NCBI GenBank assembly: GCA_024639925.1
Contig: JAHEGA010000001.1
Location: forward strand, 1-58,334
From: Microbacteriaceae bacterium
GTDB lineage: Bacteria; Actinomycetota; Actinomycetes; Actinomycetales; Microbacteriaceae
Direction of reading: 5' to 3'
Length of the DNA: 58,334 nucleotides
Part shown: positions 57,689 to 58,334 of the stretch, piece after piece
Layout of the letters: each line of letters opens with the position of its first letter
Position numbering within the stretch: the stretch's first letter is position 1
Made by a program: the position numbers and the translations under genes
Notes under the pieces: model-generated
Seen by the model: the letters and a program-made list of their open reading frames with translations, nothing else
The model's database searches: none
Told to the model about the DNA's origin: nothing

Positions 57689-58334
57689 GAAGCGTCCTCC
57701 GTTTTCGTCAGCTTCACCTGCATGGCATCCGTAAGTTCTGACACCAGATCGGGAACGTCGATCTTTTGCAACACTTCGAGGAGGAAACCGAGGACCACCA
57801 ATCGGCGGGCCTCCAGTTCTTCAATTCCTCGAGACTGAAGATAAAACAACTGCTCGTCGTCGAATCGTCCGGTGGCGCTCGCGTGTCCCGCGCCCTGAAT
57901 ATCGCCAGTCTTTATTTCCAGGTTGGGAATCGAATCAGCTCGCGTTCCCTCGCTCAGCACCAGGTTACGGTTCTGCTCGTACGAGTCCGTACCCACGGCA
58001 TCCGGTCCAATCAGCACGTCCCCCACCCAGACTGTGCGTGCGCCACGACCGTGCAGCGCACCCTTGTAGTTCACCCGAGACACCGTCTGAGGGCCCACGT
58101 GGTTGACGTAGACACGGTGCTCGTGGTGTTGCGTCGAGTCGGCAAAATAGGCTCCGAGCAGGTGAGCTTCGGAGCGCTCCCCCACCAGATGGGCGTTGGG
58201 GTTGACCACAACGATGTCGCCACCGAGGTCGACGGCGATGTGGCTGAAAATTGCCCCCTCACCGATCGACGCTGAATGCGTCGCGTATTGGATTGCTCCC
58301 GGTGCCCAATCCCCCACAAATACCGCGTGAAGTG
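57685..58334 (-). CDS. sufD: Fe-S cluster assembly protein SufD (5' end outside the window)
   Basis: 'YKGAL', 'ADSIPNLEI', 'GAGHASATGRFD..QLFYLQSRGI'. Confidence 0.93.
   Translation of the reverse strand, partial: LHAVFVGDWAPGAIQYATHSASIGEGAIFSHIAVDLGGDIVVVNPNAHLVGERSEAHLLGAYFADSTQHHEHRVYVNHVGPQTVSRVNYKGALHGRGARTVWVGDVLIGPDAVGTDSYEQNRNLVLSEGTRADSIPNLEIKTGDIQGAGHASATGRFDDEQLFYLQSRGIEELEARRLVVLGFLLEVLQKIDVPDLVSELTDAMQVKLTKTEDAS

Noticed and set aside
1-58334. CRISPR arrays, IS elements, long tandem repeats, rRNA
   Set aside because: None seen. Almost all the sequence is accounted for by intact CDSs and short intergenic gaps.

Overview
A mostly core, very compact stretch of a high-GC actinobacterial chromosome. 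Gene content and order suggest Microbacteriaceae, probably a streamlined aquatic lineage (inference). In order: yggT-divIVA-rluD-dnaE1; hisD-nrdR-pyrD; an A-type Fe-S carrier; the ctaCDF / qcrCAB-ctaE respiratory supercomplex genes; trpD; lnt-helY-tatCA-pafBC-FKBP-trmI with no pup/proteasome genes; tRNA-Leu(GAG); a lower-GC polyamine ABC transporter plus aminoaldehyde dehydrogenase block; the imuA'-imuB-dnaE2 mutasome; a sirtuin, treS, a DEDDh exonuclease, L31-B, glgC, serB, fabG, SURF1, an ABC-F ATPase and the end of a suf operon. The best non-coding signals are: (1) a 28-bp XerCD dif site at 18928-18955, placing the replication terminus in this window; (2) an unassigned structured element at about 13445-13608 with anti-SD/SD pairing potential and only a 5-codon ORF behind it; (3) a perfect LexA box overlapped by a PafBC (RecA-NDp)-like promoter upstream of imuA'; (4) a PafBC-type promoter directly upstream of a leaderless 3'-5' exonuclease. 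I found no CRISPR array, transposase, integrase or prophage, and no clearly new multi-gene system. All calls come from motif recognition and synteny by eye; no searches were run.
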